DNA of 64,000 nt from Terracidiphilus sp. (GCA_049521035.1 JBEKPF010000003.1:16751-80750), one strand, 5' to 3'. Counted from the first letter of the stretch, positions 16,494 to 27,015 are shown. Notes: generated from the letters alone by a model not told the origin. Program-made: numbers and translations.

Positions 16494-17837
16494 CTACCCT
16501 TTGATCGTCTTCGTCGCCTCGTCCCACGTGGCCACGGTGCGCTTAAAGTACGAGTGATTGGCCATATGGCATGCAATGGCCGCATTGTTACCGAAGACCT
16601 CGTCCTCCACCACATGCTCCCGCGTCTCGATCGCGTAGAGGAAGTTCTCAATATGATCAGCGGTGTCGTTGTAACCAGCCGGCGCCGCATAACTCTCCGC
16701 CGGCCCCGGCTTCGTTGCCAGCTCGGAATGCGCCTTGTGCCACTCATCCAGATACTGTTGCTTGGCCGCCGCCGTCCACCCGTTCAAGCTGTAGCCCTCG
16801 GGTTGCGACGCGGTGTCCTGCGGAGTCACCGTAAGCGAGTTGCCGTTGATCACCATCGTAGCGTCCGAGCCGTAGAAGATGATCGGCTCGCCCGCCGAAT
16901 TGTTCTGGTTGCAATGCACGTTCACCGTCACGCCCGGATAGTCGTAGAGAGTCGCCAACAGATCCGGAAAATCACGCCCGTCATTGAAGTGCGTCAGGCT
17001 GCCGGTCGAATAAGCCCGGCTGGGAACCGCATTGATCCCGCTCACGCATTGAATGCCCGACAGCAAATGCACATACAGATCTCCGGCCACACCCTCGCCG
17101 TAATCGTTGAAGCACCGCCAGCGGAAGAACCGCACCGCGTCGAATGGCCTCTGCGGCGCATCGCGCAAGAACGTCTCCCAATCGATCGTCTCCGGGCTCG
17201 CATCGTGCGGAATCGGATACACCCACGCCCCCGAAGGCGAATTACGATCCGAGTGTCCTTCAATCAGGTGCACCTCCCCCAGCCGCCCCGATTTGTAAAT
17301 CTCCGCCGCCTTCTTGTAGACGACGTTGCTCACTCGCTGGCTCCCGGCCTGGAAGATCCGCTTCCCCGCCGCCACTGCTTCGACCATCGCCAGCCCATCC
17401 GCCACATTATGGCTCATCGGTTTCTCGCAATACACATCCTTGCCCGCCGCTACGCAATCCAATACCACCCGCCTATGCTGATGATCGGGCACGGCCACAA
17501 TCACCGCGTCCACGTCTTTGCGATCCAGCAAGGCGCGATAATCGCGTCCGGCAGGGAAATCAGCTCCGTACGCCTCTTTGCCAGCCTGCTGATGCATCGT
17601 GTACAAGTCCGCCGAGCCAACGCAAATTCCATTCGGCACCTGCCGCGCCGCCCGCAATAGGTCGCACCCGCGTATTCCCGTTCCAATTGACACGAAGCGG
17701 ATCTTGCGCCCTTGCGTACTTGCGTTGCCGGCCACCGTCTGAGCCATCCCTGTCGCCGGTTCCAGAAGCGTCGCATTAATGGTCGCACCCGCTGCTACCG
17801 CACCCGCGCCCAAACGCACAAAATCCCGCCGTGTCAT
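16494..17837 (-). CDS. Tat-exported Gfo/Idh/MocA-family oxidoreductase
   Basis: MTRRDFVRLGAGAVAAGA Tat signal, a Rossmann motif IRFVSIGTGIRG and the EKP motif (DVYCEKPMSH). ATG at 17837. Confidence 0.8.
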   Translation of the reverse strand: MTRRDFVRLGAGAVAAGATINATLLEPATGMAQTVAGNASTQGRKIRFVSIGTGIRGCDLLRAARQVPNGICVGSADLYTMHQQAGKEAYGADFPAGRDYRALLDRKDVDAVIVAVPDHQHRRVVLDCVAAGKDVYCEKPMSHNVADGLAMVEAVAAGKRIFQAGSQRVSNVVYKKAAEIYKSGRLGEVHLIEGHSDRNSPSGAWVYPIPHDASPETIDWETFLRDAPQRPFDAVRFFRWRCFNDYGEGVAGDLYVHLLSGIQCVSGINAVPSRAYSTGSLTHFNDGRDFPDLLATLYDYPGVTVNVHCNQNNSAGEPIIFYGSDATMVINGNSLTVTPQDTASQPEGYSLNGWTAAAKQQYLDEWHKAHSELATKPGPAESYAAPAGYNDTADHIENFLYAIETREHVVEDEVFGNNAAIACHMANHSYFKRTVATWDEATKTIKG

Positions 17838-18008
17838 AGAAGGTAGTCTCAAAGTGTTCTCCCTGCGCGTTCGCAATTCTCTCGCCGCACACCGCGTCAT
17901 GTCCACCAACCATGAAATCGAGCAGGGGGTCCTTTTGATCCAACCTAGCGAAGCCTCTGGAATCGTGACCGTTCAAGCGTGGCAGATCTCTTTGGTACTC
18001 TGCTCTTG

Positions 18009-18593
18009 ATGAAAAGGCCAGTTTTGATCGTCATTGACATGCTGAACGATTTTCTCCACGGCTGGGACCCCGCCCGCACTGAAGGCCTGGTTCAAGCGAT
18101 CAATACTTTGGTTGGCACCATGCGCAGGCTGTCTCTTCCGGTGATTTGGATTCGCCAGGAGTTCGAACCCGATCTCCGAGACGCTTACCCGGAGATGAGA
18201 GCCAAGCGGATACGTAAGGTAATCAAGGGGACCACGGGATGCCAGATCTTGCCCGAACTTGCACTCGCTGCCGCGGATCACGTCATTGTTAAGAAGCGAT
18301 ACAGCGCGTTCTTCGGAACAAATCTCGATCAAATCCTCAGCCAGATCGCACCCGACGCGATCATCCTCGCTGGAATTAACACCCACGCCTGTATCCGCGC
18401 CACTGCGATTGACGCATATCAGCGCGACTGGCCGGTGGTCCTGGCCTTGGATTGTATCGATTCATATGACCGCGAGCATCACGACGTTTCCCTACGCTAC
18501 ATGAAAGACAAAATCGCCTCTGTAATGAGAAATCAGGAGATCAGTTCGGCGCTGCTGGCATCAGAATCCATCGGCGCAGACCCGCTCCGCTAG
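18009..18593 (+). CDS. isochorismatase-family cysteine hydrolase
   Basis: PVLIVIDMLNDF..., KKRYSAFFGTNLDQIL and ILAGINTHACIRATA (catalytic Cys context). An alternative GTG start is at 17979. Confidence 0.8.
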   Translation: MKRPVLIVIDMLNDFLHGWDPARTEGLVQAINTLVGTMRRLSLPVIWIRQEFEPDLRDAYPEMRAKRIRKVIKGTTGCQILPELALAAADHVIVKKRYSAFFGTNLDQILSQIAPDAIILAGINTHACIRATAIDAYQRDWPVVLALDCIDSYDREHHDVSLRYMKDKIASVMRNQEISSALLASESIGADPLR

Positions 18594-18735
18594 AACCTCT
18601 CGGCTCACCGAATACATAATCTTCGGTAAATACTGTCTCGAGATTGGGGTAGTCGTAGCTGTATGAAGCAAGGGTTCGGAGTTGCCTTGAGGGTCGATAC
18701 CATACGATGCTAAGCGGGAGACAATCAGAAACTCC

Positions 18736-20514
18736 ATGAACTGCTACGCACGCGTCGAAGGTATTCGCGCACCGTCCATAACCCTCGCTCTGGTTCTGTC
18801 GTCGTTTGTATTTTCCTCAATCTCCGCAACCGCCGCTCCAGCCAAGCCCGATTTCGGTCCCAACGTCCTTGTCTTCAGCCCCTCCATGTCCGCAGCCACC
18901 ATCCAGGACCAAATCGACAAGGTCTACGCGGCCCAGCAGCACAGTGAATTCGGCTCCCAGCGCAACGCTTTCTTCTTTCTCCCAGGGGACTACAAGGTCG
19001 ATGTCCCCATCGGCTTCTACACAGAAGTCGTAGGCCTCGGTGCCACACCTGACGCCGTCCACATCACTGGCAATGTTCATGCCGACGCGAGCCTGCCCCG
19101 TAACAACGCTACCTGCACGTTCTGGCGCGCTGCAGAAGGATTTTCCGTCGCGCCCACTGGCGGGCCAACCAATGGCACCATGCAGTGGGCCGTTTCGCAG
19201 GCCGCGCCCTTTCGCCGAATGCACATCCTCGGCAATCTCGTCCTGCATCAGAACCGTGGCTGGGCCAGCGGTGGTTGGATCTCTGACTCTCTCATCGATG
19301 GCAACGTTGGCTCCGGAACGCAGCAGCAATGGATCTCCCGCAACAGCGAGTGGGGCTCGTGGACCGGCGCCAACTGGAACATGGTCTTCGTCGGCATTCC
19401 CAATCCCCCGGCCGGCGAATGGCCCACTCCCCCGTACACCAAAATCTCCCAGACCCCCGTCGTCCGCGAGAAACCGTTCCTCGTAGGCGACGCATTCGGC
19501 AACTATTCCGTCCACATTCCCTATCTCGTCACCAACAGCGCAGGCATCAGTTGGCACGGAGGCGTAACGCCCGGTCACAATGTCCCTCTCGACAAGTTCT
19601 ACATCGCCCACGCCGAGACCGACACCGCAGCCACCATCAACGCCCAACTCGACGCCGGCAAACATCTTCTCCTCACACCCGGAATCTACTCGCTGACCGA
19701 GCCCATCCGCATCACGCATCCAGGAGTAGTCGTCATGGGCCTAGGCTTCGCTACTCTCCGTCCCGTCAACGGCACCGCCGCCATCACCACTGCCGACGCA
19801 GACGGAATCATCCTCGCCGGTCTGCTCGTCGATGCAGGCTCCGTGAGTTCCCCGGTTCTGGTTCAAATTGGTCCCGAAGGAAGTGAGGCCAGTCACGCCA
19901 AGAACCCTATCTCGCTTCACGACGTCTTCTTCCGCGTCGGTGGCACAGGTCCTGCCCGCGCGGTCGTGGATCTTGAAGTCAACTCCAACGACACCATCAT
20001 CGACCACACATGGATCTGGCGCGCTGACCACGGTGCCGGCGCAGGTTGGACTACGAATCCCAGCGCCAACGGACTTGTAGTGAACGGCAACAACGTCACC
20101 GCTTACGGCCTATTCGTCGAGCACCATCAGCAGTTTCAGGTTCTCTGGAACGGGAACGCTGGCCGCACTTACTTCTATCAATCTGAAATCCCCTACGACC
20201 CGCCCGACCAGCAAAGCTATACCAGCGGATCGAATTCAAACGGTGCGCGCGTAAACGGCTGGGCGTCTTATAAAGTGGCCGACTCAGTTACGACTCACGA
20301 AGCATGGGGTCTCGGCGTCTACTCGGTCTTCCGCCATCCCAACGTCGTCCTCACCCGCGCCATTGAAGTCCCAACCGCACCCGGCGTCAGATTCCATCAC
20401 ATGATTTCCATCGCCCTCGACAACTTGGGCGAGATCAGTAACGTGATCAACAACACTGGTGGACCCACCTCCACCAAGCCCCGCGTCACCCCCAAAGTCA
20501 CCGACTTCCCATAA
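18736..20514 (+). CDS. secreted right-handed beta-helix (pectin-lyase-fold-like) protein, putative glycan-active enzyme
   Basis: Signal peptide, then FFFLPGDYKVDVPIGFYTEVVGLG, ...WISRNSEWGSWTGANWNMVFVGI... and repetitive Gly/Asn-rich rungs. I cannot name the exact family from memory. Confidence 0.45.
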   Translation: MNCYARVEGIRAPSITLALVLSSFVFSSISATAAPAKPDFGPNVLVFSPSMSAATIQDQIDKVYAAQQHSEFGSQRNAFFFLPGDYKVDVPIGFYTEVVGLGATPDAVHITGNVHADASLPRNNATCTFWRAAEGFSVAPTGGPTNGTMQWAVSQAAPFRRMHILGNLVLHQNRGWASGGWISDSLIDGNVGSGTQQQWISRNSEWGSWTGANWNMVFVGIPNPPAGEWPTPPYTKISQTPVVREKPFLVGDAFGNYSVHIPYLVTNSAGISWHGGVTPGHNVPLDKFYIAHAETDTAATINAQLDAGKHLLLTPGIYSLTEPIRITHPGVVVMGLGFATLRPVNGTAAITTADADGIILAGLLVDAGSVSSPVLVQIGPEGSEASHAKNPISLHDVFFRVGGTGPARAVVDLEVNSNDTIIDHTWIWRADHGAGAGWTTNPSANGLVVNGNNVTAYGLFVEHHQQFQVLWNGNAGRTYFYQSEIPYDPPDQQSYTSGSNSNGARVNGWASYKVADSVTTHEAWGLGVYSVFRHPNVVLTRAIEVPTAPGVRFHHMISIALDNLGEISNVINNTGGPTSTKPRVTPKVTDFP

Positions 20515-20566
20515 GCGTGCACAACCTTCCCCGCTCAATCATGGGAGAATGAATAAGGCTCCCACC

Positions 20567-22288
20567 ATGACCGACAACGACAACCCTAGATCCCAATCAA
20601 CTCCCGTCCCCGAGTCAGAAGAATCCTTCGCCGATCTTCTCTCCGCCTTCGAGAAGTCTCACACCCACAAGGCCGAGCCCGGAGCACGCCAGCTAGAGGG
20701 AACCGTAGTCTCACTCTCCGCCGACCAGATCTTTCTCGACATCGGCTACAAAACCGAAGGCGTTCTTCCCCGCTCGGCCTTTCCGCTGAATGCCGAGTCC
20801 GTCAAGCCAGGCGACACCTTTCCTGTTTCCGTCACTGGACGCAACGAAGAAGGCTATTACGAGCTCTCGCGTTTCAAAGTCGCCCAACCCCGCGATTGGT
20901 CCGCTCTTGAAGCCGCCTTCGCCGAAAAGCTTGCCATTGTCGGTACGGTCACCGAAGTGGTCAAGGGCGGCCTCCGCGTGGACGTGGGCGTCCGCGCCTT
21001 CATGCCCGCCTCACGCAGTGGAACCCGCGACGCAGTCGAACTCGAAAAGCTGGTGGGCACTGAGATTACCTGCCGCATCACCAAGCTCGACATTACCGAT
21101 GAGGATGTCGTCGTCGATCGTCGCGTCGTTCTCGAGGAGCAAGCCCGCGCCTTGACCCAGGCCAACCAGAGAGCCATGCAGGCTGCGCTCAAGGAAGGCG
21201 ACATCGTCAACGGCACGGTCCGCACGCTCATGCCCTATGGCGCATTCATCGACCTGGGCGGTATCGACGGATTGCTCCACATCAGCGACATCGCCCTGAG
21301 CCGCGTCAACAAGCCCGAAGACGTCCTCACCATCGGCCAGGAACTCCAGGTCAAAATCCTTAAAATTGACGCGGAATCCAAGAAGCTCTCACTCGGCTTG
21401 AAGCAGCTCCAACCCGAACCCTGGACCACCGCTCCCGCGCGTCTGCTGCCCGGCCAGCGGGTCACGGGTACCGTCACACGCCTCATGGATTTTGGCGCCT
21501 TCATCGAGATCGAACCCGGCCTAGAAGGCCTCATTCACATCTCAGAGATGGCCTGGAACAAAAAGGTGCGTCACCCCAGCGACATCCTCAAGCAGGGCGA
21601 CATAGTCGACGCCGTCATTCTTTCCGTTAAGCCCGAAGAGCGCCGCATCGCTCTCGGCCTCAAGCAGACCCTCGCCGACCCGTGGACTGAAGCGCCGCGC
21701 AAATTCCCCATCGGCTCGCAGGTTGAAGGGCCGGTGACCAAGCTCATGAATTTCGGCGCCTTCGTTCAGATCGCCGATGGCATTGAAGGTCTGGTCCACG
21801 TCAGCGAAATCAGCGCAGCCAAGCGCATCAACCACCCGTCCGATGTTCTCCGCGCCGGCCAAATCGTCCAGGCGCAAGTGCTCGCCGTCGACCCCGAGAA
21901 GCGCCAGATCAAGCTCAGCATGAAGCAGCTCATTCCCACCAGCATCGACGAGTACATCACCGAGCACAAACCCGGCGATACCGTCTCCGGCCGCGTAATC
22001 GAGCACTCGCCAACGCAAATCACAGTCGAGCTAGGCGAAGGCATCAGGGCCGTATGCCGCATCACCTCATCAGCAGCCGCACAGACACAACCAGCCTCCG
22101 CCGCTGCAGCGAAGTCCGAGCCCAAAGTCGATTTATCCAGCCTATCCTCAATGCTGAAAGCCCGTTGGCAAGGCAACGCCCCCACCGAGTCACTCAAGCC
22201 CGAGCCAATAGCCGAAGGCCAAATCCGCACTTTCAAGGTCACTAAGCTAGACTCGGAATCCAAGAAGATCGAAGTGGAGCTAGCCTGA
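20567..22288 (+). CDS. rpsA: 30S ribosomal protein S1
   Basis: Six S1/OB repeats with the recurring G.V......GAF..(I/L)..G.EGL.H.SE pattern. An alternative ATG is at 20549. Confidence 0.92.
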   Translation: MTDNDNPRSQSTPVPESEESFADLLSAFEKSHTHKAEPGARQLEGTVVSLSADQIFLDIGYKTEGVLPRSAFPLNAESVKPGDTFPVSVTGRNEEGYYELSRFKVAQPRDWSALEAAFAEKLAIVGTVTEVVKGGLRVDVGVRAFMPASRSGTRDAVELEKLVGTEITCRITKLDITDEDVVVDRRVVLEEQARALTQANQRAMQAALKEGDIVNGTVRTLMPYGAFIDLGGIDGLLHISDIALSRVNKPEDVLTIGQELQVKILKIDAESKKLSLGLKQLQPEPWTTAPARLLPGQRVTGTVTRLMDFGAFIEIEPGLEGLIHISEMAWNKKVRHPSDILKQGDIVDAVILSVKPEERRIALGLKQTLADPWTEAPRKFPIGSQVEGPVTKLMNFGAFVQIADGIEGLVHVSEISAAKRINHPSDVLRAGQIVQAQVLAVDPEKRQIKLSMKQLIPTSIDEYITEHKPGDTVSGRVIEHSPTQITVELGEGIRAVCRITSSAAAQTQPASAAAAKSEPKVDLSSLSSMLKARWQGNAPTESLKPEPIAEGQIRTFKVTKLDSESKKIEVELA

Positions 22289-22329
22289 ATAAATTAGCAG
22301 CGAGTACCCATGCTGCGTGGGAAAGCGAG

Positions 22330-22590
22330 CTACAGGTAAATCTCATCGATATAGCACCACTTCCAGTTTTCGCCGCGTTCGGCAGATTGAATCAGCGGAT
22401 GCTGCGTCGCTTGGAAGTGTGCCCGTGCGTGCCGGTTCTTCGACGAGTCGCAGCAGCCCACATGCCCGCACTCCAGGCACATCCGCAGATGCACCCACGT
22501 GTCACCGCTTTTCAAACACTCCTCGCACCCCTTCGACTGCGGTTTCACCTTCTTCATGTGTTCCGCAACGTGCGTGCATTTTGCCGCCAT
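22330..22590 (-). CDS. UBP-type zinc-finger domain protein (86 aa)
   Basis: Dense Cys/His pattern: CTH...C.EC...GD.WVHLR.CL.CGHVGCCDSS.N.HA.AH......HP. GGAGG lies 5 nt upstream of the ATG at 22590. Confidence 0.7.
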   Translation of the reverse strand: MAAKCTHVAEHMKKVKPQSKGCEECLKSGDTWVHLRMCLECGHVGCCDSSKNRHARAHFQATQHPLIQSAERGENWKWCYIDEIYL

Positions 22591-22703
22591 TTCGACCTCC
22601 AAGGAACTCGACCTTTCGTCCACACATCTTCATAGATGCCCAACCAGATGTCTGGTGCTCTGCTTCTTGACTCTGAGATGTGGAAAACCACACACGGCTT
22701 CAT

Positions 22704-24257
22704 CTACACCACACGATACTGCTCGGCCAGCGCGGAAAACTCCTTTACCTGCGACTCAACCCACGCCGCATCCCGCTCCAGTTCGCCAGCGAGAAGCCGC
22801 GCCACCGGCTCCGCCATCTCCATCGCAGCCTTCGCATTCAAGAAAAGCGCCCGCATCCTCCGCGCCAGCACGTCTTCCACGGTCCGCGCCATCTCCGCCC
22901 GTGCCGCCCAAACCGCCTCGGCCGCAATATACGGCATTTCCGGATGCAACTGCGCCCCAAAGCGCGGCTCCCGCGCGAGTTCCTTCACTGCCTCCGCGTC
23001 CGCACCGTAAACCTCCAGCGGTCCGAGCTGTCCCGCCTCCTGCAGATACCCATGAATCCGCAAATTCCGCGTCTTGCATTCCACATCCGCCAGCTTGCCC
23101 AGAGTGATCGCGTGGTCCACGCAGTCCTCAGCCATATGCCGGTAAGTTGTCCACTTTCCCCCGGTAATCGTCAGCAATCCCGACGTGTCCACGTGAATCA
23201 CATGATCCCGCGACAGGGCGGAAGTCTTCCCGTCGCCCTTCACCAGTGGCCGTAAACCCACATAGACTGCGAGCACGTCCCCGCGTCCCGGCGGCCTGCT
23301 CAAGTAACGGCCCGCCGTCTCCAGCACAAACTCAATCTCGTCTTCCAACGCTCTCGGCTCCAGGCTGGGCTCGTCCACCGGTGTATCGGTGGTGCCTGCC
23401 ACCGCGTGTCCATGCCACGGAATCACAAACAATACTCTTCCATCGCTGGTCCGGGGCACCATCAACGCCGTGTCCCCCTTAAGGAACGACCGGTCGAACA
23501 CCAAGTGAATCCCCTGACTCGTCACTACCAGTTGCTCGGCCTCGGGATCGGCCATTCGCCTAACCGAGTCGGTAAATACCCCGGTCGCATTCACCACCAT
23601 GCGCGCCCCAATCCTCAGTTCCTCGCCTGAATCTTCATCCCGCGCCGTCAACCCGTTCACATACCCATCCGCGTCCCGAAGCATGCCCGTCGCCGGACAA
23701 TAATTCACCAGCGTCCCTCCGTGGTCCGCCGCAGTCATCGCTAGGTGAATCAAAAGTCGTGAATCGTCGAACTGCCCGTCAAAATAGACCACCCCACCGG
23801 TCAGGCCCTCGGCCTCCAATCCCGGCAGCCGTTCCAATGTCTCTTCTTTCGACAACATCTTCGACGCTCCGAACCCATATTTACCTGCCAGCAGGTCATA
23901 GAGCTTCAACCCGATCCCGTAAAACGGCGCCTCCCACCACGAATAATTCGGCACCACGAACGCCAGATCATGTACGAGGTGAGGCGCGTTTCGCCGCAGA
24001 AGTCCTCGCTCCTTGAGCGCGGACATCACCAGCGGAATATTCCCCTGCTCTAGATACCGCACCCCTCCGTGCACTAGCTTTGTACTCCGGCTACTCGTCC
24101 CCTTGCCAAAATCGTGCGCCTCCACCAGCACTACATCCAGCCCGCGCGTCGCTGCATCGACGGCGACGCCCACCCCCGTCGCCCCGCCCCCGATTACCGC
24201 AATGTCCCAGGGCTCCGCTCGCTCGCGCACCCTGCGTATCATTTCGTCCCGTCTCAT
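22704..24257 (-). CDS. glpD: FAD-dependent glycerol-3-phosphate dehydrogenase
   Basis: DIAVIGGGATGVGVAVDAATRGL, TSSRSTKLVHGGVRYLE and GGKWTTYRHMAED motifs. The ATG lies 13 nt after the glpK stop. Confidence 0.9.
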   Translation of the reverse strand: MRRDEMIRRVRERAEPWDIAVIGGGATGVGVAVDAATRGLDVVLVEAHDFGKGTSSRSTKLVHGGVRYLEQGNIPLVMSALKERGLLRRNAPHLVHDLAFVVPNYSWWEAPFYGIGLKLYDLLAGKYGFGASKMLSKEETLERLPGLEAEGLTGGVVYFDGQFDDSRLLIHLAMTAADHGGTLVNYCPATGMLRDADGYVNGLTARDEDSGEELRIGARMVVNATGVFTDSVRRMADPEAEQLVVTSQGIHLVFDRSFLKGDTALMVPRTSDGRVLFVIPWHGHAVAGTTDTPVDEPSLEPRALEDEIEFVLETAGRYLSRPPGRGDVLAVYVGLRPLVKGDGKTSALSRDHVIHVDTSGLLTITGGKWTTYRHMAEDCVDHAITLGKLADVECKTRNLRIHGYLQEAGQLGPLEVYGADAEAVKELAREPRFGAQLHPEMPYIAAEAVWAARAEMARTVEDVLARRMRALFLNAKAAMEMAEPVARLLAGELERDAAWVESQVKEFSALAEQYRVV

Positions 24258-24270
24258 CAAACGCTCCCGT

Positions 24271-25758
24271 TCATTCGGCCCAATTCTTAGTCCGCTCCAC
24301 AGCTTTCTTCCAAACCCCACGCCGGCGCGCCCTCTCTTCCGCATCCATCGCCGGCTCAAATTGGACATCGCCTTGTCGCTTCGCCTTCAAATCCTCCGGG
24401 CCCGCCCAGAATCCGGTTGCTAACCCGGCCAGGTACGCCGCGCCCAATGCCGTCGTCTCTGTCACCTGCGGTCGTACTACAGGCACTCCGAGCACATCCG
24501 CCTGGAATTGCATCAGCAAATCGTTGACCGCCGCGCCGCCGTCTACTCTTAGAGCAGCGAGCGGTGTTCCGCTTTCGCTATGCACCGCCTCCAACACGTC
24601 CGCAACCTGGAACGCAATGCTCTCGAGAGCCGCTCTAGCAATGTGTCCCGGCTTCGTATCCCTGCGTAGCCCAATCAGCATTCCGCTCGCATGCGCGTCC
24701 CAGTGCGGCGCACCCAGGCCCACAAACGCCGGTACAAATACCACTCCGCCCGCATCTTGCACAGATGCCGCCAACGCTTCTACCTCAGCCGACGAGCCAA
24801 TCAGCCGGAGATTATCCCGCAGCCACTGCACCACCGCTCCGCCAATGAAAATGCTCCCTTCCAGTGCATATTCCAGCCGCTTCTCCGCGCTCGCAGCCAC
24901 GGTCGTAATCAGCCTGTGCTTCGACCGTACAAATTCCCGGCCAACATTTTGGAGCAAAAAACACCCCGTCCCATACGTGTTCTTCGCTTCACCTGCGCTC
25001 CAGCACAATTGCCCAAACAGCGCCGCCTGCTGGTCTCCGGCGATCCCGGCAATCGCCACGCCGCCTAACCCCAGCGTCGTGGTCACCTCGCCCACCCGCT
25101 CGCTCGACCACACCACCTCAGGCAACAAGCTCTCCGGAATGCCAAAAATTCGCAGCAGCTCCGCATCCCACTCGCCTTTCACAATGTTGAAGAGCAGTGT
25201 TCGCGACGCATTCGTCACGTCTGTAACATGCTTCTGCCCGCTCGTCAGGTGCCAGATCAGCCAGCTATCCACCGTCCCAAACGCCAGCTCTCCACGCTCG
25301 GCCCTCGCTCGTGCTCCCGGCACGTTGTCCAGTATCCACGCCACTTTGGTCGCCGAGAAGTAGGGGTCCAGCACCAGCCCGGTCTTCGCGGAAACCCCAT
25401 CGCCAATGCCGCTAGCCTCCAGCTCCGAGCACCGCGAAGCTGTCCGCCGATCCTGCCAGACAATTGCCGGATGAATCGCCTTCCCAGTCGCCCGTTCCCA
25501 CACGATCACCGTCTCGCGTTGGTTCGTAATCCCGATAGCCGCTACATCCCGCGGACGCGCGCCCGCCCGTCCCAGCGCTTCCACAGCGCATGAGAGTTGA
25601 CTTGTCAGAATCTCAGTTGGATCATGCTCTACCCACCCTGCCTGAGGATAGAACTGCTCAAACTCATGCTGCGCAACCGCAACAATCGCTCCCGCCTCGT
25701 CAAACAGAATCGCGCGCGAACTTGTCGTCCCTTGGTCCAGTGCAAGAATGTAGCCCAT
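24271..25758 (-). CDS. glpK: glycerol kinase
   Basis: [20 protein letters not shown]..., [11 protein letters not shown] and [18 protein letters not shown] (FGGY kinase signatures). Confidence 0.95.
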   Translation of the reverse strand: MGYILALDQGTTSSRAILFDEAGAIVAVAQHEFEQFYPQAGWVEHDPTEILTSQLSCAVEALGRAGARPRDVAAIGITNQRETVIVWERATGKAIHPAIVWQDRRTASRCSELEASGIGDGVSAKTGLVLDPYFSATKVAWILDNVPGARARAERGELAFGTVDSWLIWHLTSGQKHVTDVTNASRTLLFNIVKGEWDAELLRIFGIPESLLPEVVWSSERVGEVTTTLGLGGVAIAGIAGDQQAALFGQLCWSAGEAKNTYGTGCFLLQNVGREFVRSKHRLITTVAASAEKRLEYALEGSIFIGGAVVQWLRDNLRLIGSSAEVEALAASVQDAGGVVFVPAFVGLGAPHWDAHASGMLIGLRRDTKPGHIARAALESIAFQVADVLEAVHSESGTPLAALRVDGGAAVNDLLMQFQADVLGVPVVRPQVTETTALGAAYLAGLATGFWAGPEDLKAKRQGDVQFEPAMDAEERARRRGVWKKAVERTKNWAE

Positions 25759-26121
25759 CTCGTTCACCCACCTTCGGACCCAAGTCAATCACGGCCGCCC
25801 TCCGCAGGGCAACTCGCACAGGTTTTAACAAAAGGAAAGCTTTCAGCTGTCACGTTTTACTTCCTGTGGCCACCTTATGGTCGGAGAAATCTGAGCCGCC
25901 CGCATCCTGGCCAGCTTTCTTTCCGGCACAAAACCGCCTTCCCCCGAAGGCTCCAATGCTGATGAAGGGAAAATACAGAATGAGAAAGCTTCTGGAATAC
26001 GCGATCCTAACGGTTCTTCTTATGTTCTGGGTAACCACCTCGGCGTTCTTTCGGCCACAACAGAGAGCGGCTTCCAAGTAGGTCAAGCACTCCGTAGGCC
26101 GAACCCGCCCCGATCATCGTT

Positions 26122-27015
26122 TTAATGCATTATGCCGGACGAGTTCTCGAGGACTACGTTTGAGAGGACGGCCGTATCTGACTTATCCGGAAGATGCGAG
26201 CAAAACCCGATGCCGACATAAAAAGGTCCATCTAGGTGCAGTTGGATGGGCGGACCAAACTGGTGCATGGGCTCGCCCTCCAGGCTGACAAAAAGCGCAA
26301 ATGAGTCGCCGCGCTTTTCAATGCCAATGCGCCTCGCGATCACGTTCACCAGGCTGTCGGGGCTTTCGCCTCCCGGCCTGCCGCGCCCTCCGATGCGATA
26401 CTCCATATCTTTCACGCGGACGCCCTTCTCAGGGCGTTGCGCCAGGTGAATCATCCCCAGACCATGCAGCGCGACAATGGCCTCCTTTGAATCGTCATCA
26501 AAGTCCTGACGGATTATGAGCACCGCCTTGCGATCACCATAGCCGTTGGGGTCAGGGAAGGCGATGTCCGCTGCAAGGGATGCGTCGCCAGACATCTTCT
26601 TCCACAGATAGCGGAATTCGTCGCGCGTGTACCAGACGTTATAGCCTGCGGAATGGATGGTATATGTCCGAGTGGCCGCATCGAAACTGGCGCTGCCGGG
26701 CACGAGAGGGTCGCCAATGTCAGACTGGCCCTGAAATGCGCCGATAGGCTTGGCGAAATTCTTGCTCGGCCGGTGGAAGTCTGCGGGAGGCGCGACTTGG
26801 GTATGCGTTGCCGATCCCGGCTGCGCCCATGCCGGCGCGCCGGGAGCTGGAACGGGTGTCACTGGGGTTTGGGCGCTCAGGCAATGCGGTGTGGCACTTA
26901 GCAACAGAACAGCCAGCGCAACCTGGATCTTCGAAGTGTGGACCGAGATCACTTCGGTCCAGTCAAATGAAGTCGCTCGGAAGTTGGTTATCCAGTCCAG
27001 TGCGATCAAGCCCAT
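26122..27015 (-). CDS. secreted hypothetical protein, possibly concanavalin-A-like (DUF1349-like) fold
   Basis: Signal-like KIQVALAVLLLSATPHCLSAQ, then a beta-rich domain (YTIHSAGYNVWYTRDEFRYLWKKMSGDASL...GIEKRGDSFALFVSLEG...FYVGIGFCSH). An alternative GTG start at 26952 gives a cleaner signal peptide. The function call is weak. Confidence 0.4.
   Translation of the reverse strand: MGLIALDWITNFRATSFDWTEVISVHTSKIQVALAVLLLSATPHCLSAQTPVTPVPAPGAPAWAQPGSATHTQVAPPADFHRPSKNFAKPIGAFQGQSDIGDPLVPGSASFDAATRTYTIHSAGYNVWYTRDEFRYLWKKMSGDASLAADIAFPDPNGYGDRKAVLIIRQDFDDDSKEAIVALHGLGMIHLAQRPEKGVRVKDMEYRIGGRGRPGGESPDSLVNVIARRIGIEKRGDSFALFVSLEGEPMHQFGPPIQLHLDGPFYVGIGFCSHLPDKSDTAVLSNVVLENSSGIMH

Noticed and set aside
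15690-17660. A 656-aa plus-strand ORF, the longest listed ORF without an annotation.
   Set aside because: It runs antisense across two independent, well-supported minus-strand genes and their intergenic gap. It is extremely Arg/His/Pro/Leu-rich with no domain-like segments. This is the typical shadow ORF of a high-GC coding region.
20459-20566. A Pro-rich N-terminal extension of ribosomal protein S1.
   Set aside because: It overlaps the end of the preceding gene (stop at 20514) and encodes PPPPSPASPPKSP-type sequence unlike S1. ATG 20567 (or 20549) is more plausible.
25980-26081. A 33-aa hydrophobic mini-ORF (MRKLLEYAILTVLLMFWVTTSAFF...) in the region upstream of glpK.
   Set aside because: It has only a weak AAGGGA about 12 nt upstream, is part of a longer spurious frame, and I can assess no conservation. 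It remains possible but is unsupported.
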